This document shows positions 7,786 to 13,110 of a stretch of DNA of 13,110 bases, in pieces. The stretch comes from Octopus sinensis (Eukaryota). Every line of letters starts with the position of its first letter. The first letter of the stretch is position 1. The stretch is taken from positions 1 to 13,110 of the forward strand of contig NW_021826284.1 in the NCBI RefSeq assembly GCF_006345805.1. Direction: 5' to 3'. The position numbers were made by a program, and so were the translations under genes. The notes beneath the pieces are model-generated. The model did no database searches. It was not told the origin of the DNA and saw only the letters and a list, made by a program, of their open reading frames with translations.

Positions 7786-7966
7786 AGGTAGTTGGCCAAG
7801 TCGTTAATTCGTCCGATAGATTAAATAGCAGTAAGTGTGTCGGCTGTGTAAAGTCTGAGTTCGAATTTTGCCGTTTCATCCGTTCAGGATCGATTAAAAT
7901 AAGTACGCTAATCAACTAACCCCACCCCCAGCCATAATTAGCGACCTTGTGCCAAAATTTGAAACC
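7786..7966 (+). mobile_element. SINE family A, highly diverged copy with deletions
   Basis: B-box-like tctgagttcgaatt, body tttcatccgttcaggatcgattaaaataagtac, 3' end cgaccttgtgccaaaatttgaaacc. Confidence 0.7.
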
Positions 7967-8100
7967 GTCATTTATTCTCAGTAGTAATCGATCTTAGCAC
8001 GGTTATTATAGAAAATATCACGTAGATTATAATAATCTTATCAAAGAAGAGCTTCTATTCGAAATATCAACCATAGAGATGAAAAACTGGCCAACGACTT

Positions 8101-8868
8101 GGTACATATATACATGCATACATACATAATTGCATGCACATATATATACATTCATATATATACATACATAGATACATACATTCATGCATGCATACATACA
8201 TACATACATACATACACTTATAAATATATACATACGTACATATATTGATGCACTCATGCATACATGCATGCATACATGCATACATGCATGCATACATACA
8301 TGCAATACATACAGACACACATTCATTCATATGCATACATTCAAACATACATGCATACATATATGCATACATAGAAGCAATCATAAATACATACATATGT
8401 ATATGCATAGATACATACATGCATACTTACATACAATTATGACTACATACATAATGCATTCATGAATGCATATAGTCATAAATACATACAAACATGCGTA
8501 TGTATGCATGCATACGTACATACGTACATGAATGCATCCATGCATGCATGGATGCATTTATTCGTACATGTATGCGTACATACATACACACATACATACA
8601 TACATGCATACATACATGCATACATACATACATACACACACAAATACGTACGTACATACATACATATATGCATATATACACATACACGCATACATACATA
8701 CATGCATACATACATGCATACATACATACACACACAAATATGTACGTACATACATACATATATGCATATATACATACATACACGCATGCATACATACATA
8801 CATACATACATACATACATACATACATACATACATACATACATACATACATACATACACATATACATG
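8101..8868. repeat. (TACA)n-based compound tetranucleotide array with TGCA/TACG variants
   Basis: Direct reading; source of the MYVC/HTYI ORFs. Confidence 0.95.
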
Positions 8869-9241
8869 AGGGTTGCCTCTCGATTTCGACCAATGTCAAC
8901 GCTTCTCTTAATCATGAGCAACACGGATGTGGCTTTTCTGTCGCGCTCAGGGCCTTCACTGTTTTTCTCTTTTCACAGATGTGGCACCGATAACCAACTT
9001 CTGCAGCAGATGTTCGGAGAGTTAACCAACTGGCTGGCACATGTCTTCATTTCATCCAGGATTTTTCCTGGAGTGCTTTGCTTTTATTGGCCATTCAGAG
9101 TAAACAACATAATCGAGGTCATAGAAACCAAATGAAGCTTGAACCTAACGCATTTTAAAGCGATGAAGGGCCTTGCACAGGACCAAGCCCACTCTCTAAA
9201 CAATGTATGTGTTTTCTCAAAAAGTTTTCTTTCTCCTAGAG

Positions 9242-9555
9242 CAGGAATTCTCAACCGCTGTCCATATAGACCCTGGGGCGCCCATATAACACTTATGGGG
9301 GTTCGCGGATGCAATATAATAAATTGAGGGTTTACAGTAATTTTTCAGGGGCCACGAAGAAATTGTGCTTCTGTCCAGTAAAATTTATGGGCAGAAATTT
9401 GGTTATATTTCTACAATACACAAAATATTTTAACAATTTTTATACAAGTTTTAATATCTAATTATAAAAAGACAATAGGACCTCTTAAATAGTGAATGGC
9501 TATAGGGGTCCACCCATTTAATAAAGGAACCAAAGATGGTCGATAAGTAAAAAAT
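9242..9555 (+). mobile_element. Probable non-autonomous hAT (Charlie-like) DNA transposon fragment, right end lost
   Basis: Starts caggaattctcaacc (cf. Charlie-type CAGGGGTTCTCAACC). It is preceded by tcctagag, one mismatch from the NTCTAGAN Charlie target, and has gaccc...gggg and ggggtccac subterminal words. No right TIR found. Confidence 0.45.
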
Positions 9556-9556
9556 T

Positions 9557-9593
9557 GCTGTCAAATGACTGAAACAAGTAAAAGACTAAAAGA
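9557..9593 (+). mobile_element. Orphan 3' terminus of SINE family B
   Basis: gtcaaatgactgaaacaagtaaaaga closely matches the family B end (reverse complement of about 3735-3762). Confidence 0.6.
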
Positions 9594-9605
9594 ATATATG
9601 TATAT

Positions 9606-9995
9606 TGATTGATTGATTGATTGATTTTAGTTTCAGCTCATGAGCTGTGGCCATTCTGGGGCACCGCCATTTGGTGTTGCTACATGGTTTTACTTCACGA
9701 CAGCTTTTTAGCGACTGCCATTTGGTGCATGAGAGAGTTCGATGCAGCCGCCCTCATCTGCACCTCCTGCCGTGAAGTTGGTTCATCTGGGACACCTGAC
9801 AGGAAGAGATCCTTTATTTTTTAAAGACATCTGCATCCACCCTATGCAGGTCTCTCAGGTTCTTCGGGAGGATATTGAAGAGCTGTGGGCCTCGGAAGCC
9901 CAGGCTATCACAGTATCTTGTCCTACATCTTGATGGCAAATTTGGAGTCCTAGGCACCACGCAGTGGCGCCCAGTTCTGGCATTTGTGTAACTGG
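9606..9995 (-). mobile_element. CR1-type LINE 3' fragment with (TCAA)n tail, 5'-truncated
   Basis: Minus: SYTNARTGRHCVVPRTPNLPSRCRTRYCDSLGFRGPQLFNILPKNLRDLHRVDADVFK/DLFLSGVPDEPTSRQEVQMRAAASNSLMHQMAVAKKLS* (stop 9695-9697). The GP.LFN.LP...R...FK..LD.FL..VPDEP...SNSL pattern is typical of CR1/L2-group ORF2 ends. Short UTR, then the tandem tail. Confidence 0.85.
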
Positions 9996-9997
9996 CA

Positions 9998-10002
9998 TTG
10001 TG

Positions 10003-10034
<32 letters not shown>

Positions 10035-10098
10035 GCGTGTGTCCTCGCATGTGTGCTTGTGTGCGTTTACATGCATGTGTAAGTGTGTGTGTGTATTA
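9998..10098. repeat. (TA)n/(GT)n microsatellite
   Basis: Direct reading. Confidence 0.9.
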
Positions 10099-10221
10099 TA
10101 AATGAGGTGAATGTCATAAATAAAGTGGATATTTAGAAATGACACATTAAAAATAGGAACGAGTGTTCCCCGGATCTAAGTGTTCCATCCGGATGTAAAA
10201 CAATCCGCTCGTTCAATCGCT

Positions 10222-10278
10222 TTTGTTGTTGTTGTTGTCGACGCCGTTTTCCCGGCTGCTGCTGCTATTGCTTCTGCT

Positions 10279-10309
<31 letters not shown>

Positions 10310-10339
10310 ATGATGTTGATGATGATGATGATGATGATA
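10222..10339. repeat. Compound (GTT)/(GCT)/(GAT) trinucleotide array
   Basis: Direct reading. Confidence 0.92.
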
Positions 10340-10430
10340 TTACTGGAGCCTTTGTATCTTTGACAATCTCATAAAATGGTTTTGCAGACAGATAAAGGAG
10401 CAAAAATATTCATGGAGACGGACTTACAGA

Positions 10431-10611
10431 TACACGTGCATGCACACACACACACACACACGCACACACACACGCACACACATGCACGCACGCACACACA
10501 TGCACACACACAGACACATGCCCACACACACACACACACACACATGCACACACACACACATGCACATACACACACACACACGCACACACACACAACACAC
10601 ACGCACGCACG

Positions 10612-10638
<27 letters not shown>
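10431..10638. repeat. (CA)n microsatellite with CG/TG interruptions
   Basis: Direct reading. Confidence 0.95.
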
Positions 10639-10642
<4 letters not shown>

Positions 10643-10749
10643 GAATAAATTCAAATATTCTTACCAATGCATCACCAGGGCATACCCAGCAAATATTCTT
10701 ACGTAATCATTGTCAGGGCATACGAGCAAATGTTTTTTTTTTATACTAT

Positions 10750-12575
10750 TTGTAAATAGTCATGGACTGACCATTCAGTTCGTCTCCAATTCTGTTCATG
10801 TACGTGATTTTGAGATTATAATACATGCCATGACATTGGAAGAGAAATATTCCAAGGAGACTCGCTCTTTCCACTCCTTTTCTGCTTGGCACTGACGCCT
10901 TCAACTGATATGCTTCATCAGAACTGGGTCTGGATGTAACTGCTACGATAAACAATCAATCATCTCTTGTATACGGATGATCTAAAACTGCGATTGATAA
11001 ACAACTAGAAACATTGCTTTTGGCAATGAAGAGGTTTACCAAAGAAATAAACCTGAAATTCGGCTTAGAAAAATGTGACAAAGCAACCTTGAAAGGATGT
11101 TAAGAGTAACAATATCACTCTAGATAAGAAAATGAAATAAGAGAATTAGACCAAGGTCACACATACAAATACTTAAGAATCAGTGAACTAGATACCGTAT
11201 AACATACACAAATGAAAGAGAAGATTACAAAAGAATACTATAGACGCGTTAGATTAATACTTAAAACAGAGCTCAATGCGAAATACAAGTTAATATGTAT
11301 CAACACTCTAGCTGTCCCAGTTACAAGTTAGAGTTACAATATTTTTAATTGGACACTAAATGAACTAATCAAACTAGACAGGAAAACAAGAAAAACAATG
11401 TCATAATTTAGAATACATCACCCAAAATCTGAGACAGAAAGGTTTTATATTGAAGGTAGTAGAGGCCTTATACAACTAGAAAACTACAATAAAATAACCA
11501 ACATAGGGTTATAAAAATATCTAATTCAGCAAAAGGAAAATAGCTACAAAACACGAGCAAAACAAAAAAAATTGTTTTCTGTCGTTAAGGAAGGCGAAAA
11601 ATACGAGAAAGAAGTCATAGTGTTCGACAACTATGAAGAAAAAGAGGAAATAACAAAAACTGTAAAACAACTGGAAGTACAAAATACCATGATAAAACGA
11701 TGACAAGAAAAGCCCTTGCATGGCAAATCCTGGGATAGGCTAAATAGAAAAAAATACATACATACATACATACATACATACAAACATGTAAAATCCCAGC
11801 AATGGTTCACAAGCTCGAGACACAAAGTAAAGAGTGACGAATTTTTAAATGCAGCACAAGATCAAAGCATTCCCACCAGAAACACATAATGAAAAATACA
11901 AGTAACTACTGAATATGTGGTGATGATAAAGAAACAATAAATCATATTGTCTTCGGCTGCCCAGTCTTGGAGGACTAAGGAGAAATAGATCCACAGACAT
12001 GAGAGTTGGGACCTAAATACACCAGAAGCTATGCCAACACTAAGGAATGACAACAGAATAAAAAAATGGTATAGACATGCCCCAGAAAAAAGCTCCGAAA
12101 GATGACAAAGCAACCATAGTCGTGGATATGCCAATACACACAGATAAAAGAAATCAAGATAAAATACCGGATATAGTTGTCAGAGAACACCAGCAAAAAT
12201 GCCTTCTAATCAACAGATGACAATGTGTCTCTAAAAGAAACAGAGAAACTTTCAAAACATAAAGAACTGGAAATAGAGATAACACGAATTTGGACCCTAA
12301 AACCAGAAACAATTCCTATAATAATAAATGCATTAGGTATGATTAAAAAAACATTCAGACAAATGCATAACCAAAAGCAACAGGAATTACGAATGCATAT
12401 AACATACAGAAAATATCACTACTGGGCACCGCACACATGCTACGCAAAACACTTTCAATACAGTAAAAATAAGAGCATCACAACAAAACACAGCACATAC
12501 CCAAGGCACACAGAGCTGCACTCAATAGGATAATGATAGCACGTGATAAAAATGAGACTACTGAATAATAATGAT
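10750..12575 (+). mobile_element. Dong/R4-clade LINE, 5'-truncated, decayed ORF (RT, CCHC region, REL endonuclease), 3' UTR and short (AAT) tail; left boundary approximate
   Basis: Across stops and frameshifts: IFQGDSLFPLLFCLAL, TINHLLYTDDLKL, KFGLEKC, YKYLRI, KEYYRRVRLILKTELN, INTLAVPV, KLDRKTRK, HHPKS, EKPLHGK, AAQDQSIPTRN, CGDDKETINHIVFGCPVL, HRH, DMPIHTD, IPDIVVR, DDNVSLKETEKLSKHKELEIEITRIW, LGTAHMLRKTLSIQ* (stop 12464-12466). (TACA)n expansion at about 11755-11781 inside the ORF. Confidence 0.92.
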
Positions 12576-12639
12576 ATTGATGGGTAGAAAGAGAATGATA
12601 GACAAAGAGATTGAGAGTTAAAGATGTACGAGTATAATA

Positions 12640-12897
12640 GACATGCATATTAATACACACATACAAACACACACACACACACACATATATATGTATGTAT
12701 ACATACATTCGTACGTACATGCATATACACATACATGCATGCATACATACATACATGCATGCATGCATACATATACATATACAAATGCATATATATACAG
12801 GGACACATGCATATATATATATAATATATATATTATATATATATATTTATAATATAGATATATAATATATTAATATATATATATTATATATATATAT

Positions 12898-12929
<32 letters not shown>

Positions 12930-13070
12930 CATAATACATGATATATATATACATAAACAGGTGAAAGCGAGTTCGGATACACACATATAAGTATGTATAT
13001 ATACATTACATGCATTCATACATATATCCTAAATGCATACACACATAAAAATATGTATGTATATATATAT

Positions 13071-13110
<40 letters not shown>
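12640..13110. repeat. Compound (CA)/(TACA)/(TA)n microsatellite region
   Basis: Direct reading. Confidence 0.95.

Noticed and set aside
7361-8924. Many MYVC/HTYI/YI ORFs; likewise those at 10176-10706 and 12478-12852
   Set aside because: Di-, tri- and tetranucleotide repeat artefacts.
11521-12134. Minus-strand Phe/Leu-rich, membrane-protein-like ORFs
   Set aside because: Antisense of the A-rich Dong/R4 LINE coding strand.
12225-12533. 102-aa ORF as an independent gene
   Set aside because: It is the frameshifted endonuclease end of the LINE at 10750-12575.

Overview
Repeat-dominated eukaryotic DNA with no convincing host gene. The very dense AT/CA/TACA/trinucleotide microsatellites and the recalled SINE and LINE types point to a coleoid cephalopod, probably Octopus (inference from memory of these families, not a database result). 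Nearly all supplied ORFs are low-complexity or antisense artefacts. The window holds decayed retrotransposons: CR1-type LINE fragments (1-285 and 9606-9995, both minus; a bare 3' end at 1252-1316), two RTE-type RT fragments (285-1190, minus), and two Dong/R4-type LINEs with a restriction-like endonuclease (5141-5750 and about 10750-12575, plus). It also has two tRNA-derived SINE families (called A and B here), two near-perfect palindromic MITEs with TA flanks, and an hAT-like fragment. The most interesting structures are non-coding. A 3' stem-loop is shared by SINE family B and a CR1-type LINE. A 2-kb stack of co-oriented SINEs ends in a ~186-bp SINE-derived tandem array. There are also foldback MITEs in (TA)n and an unexplained GC-richer island ending in a hammerhead-like motif. 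I cannot support a new protein-coding system here.
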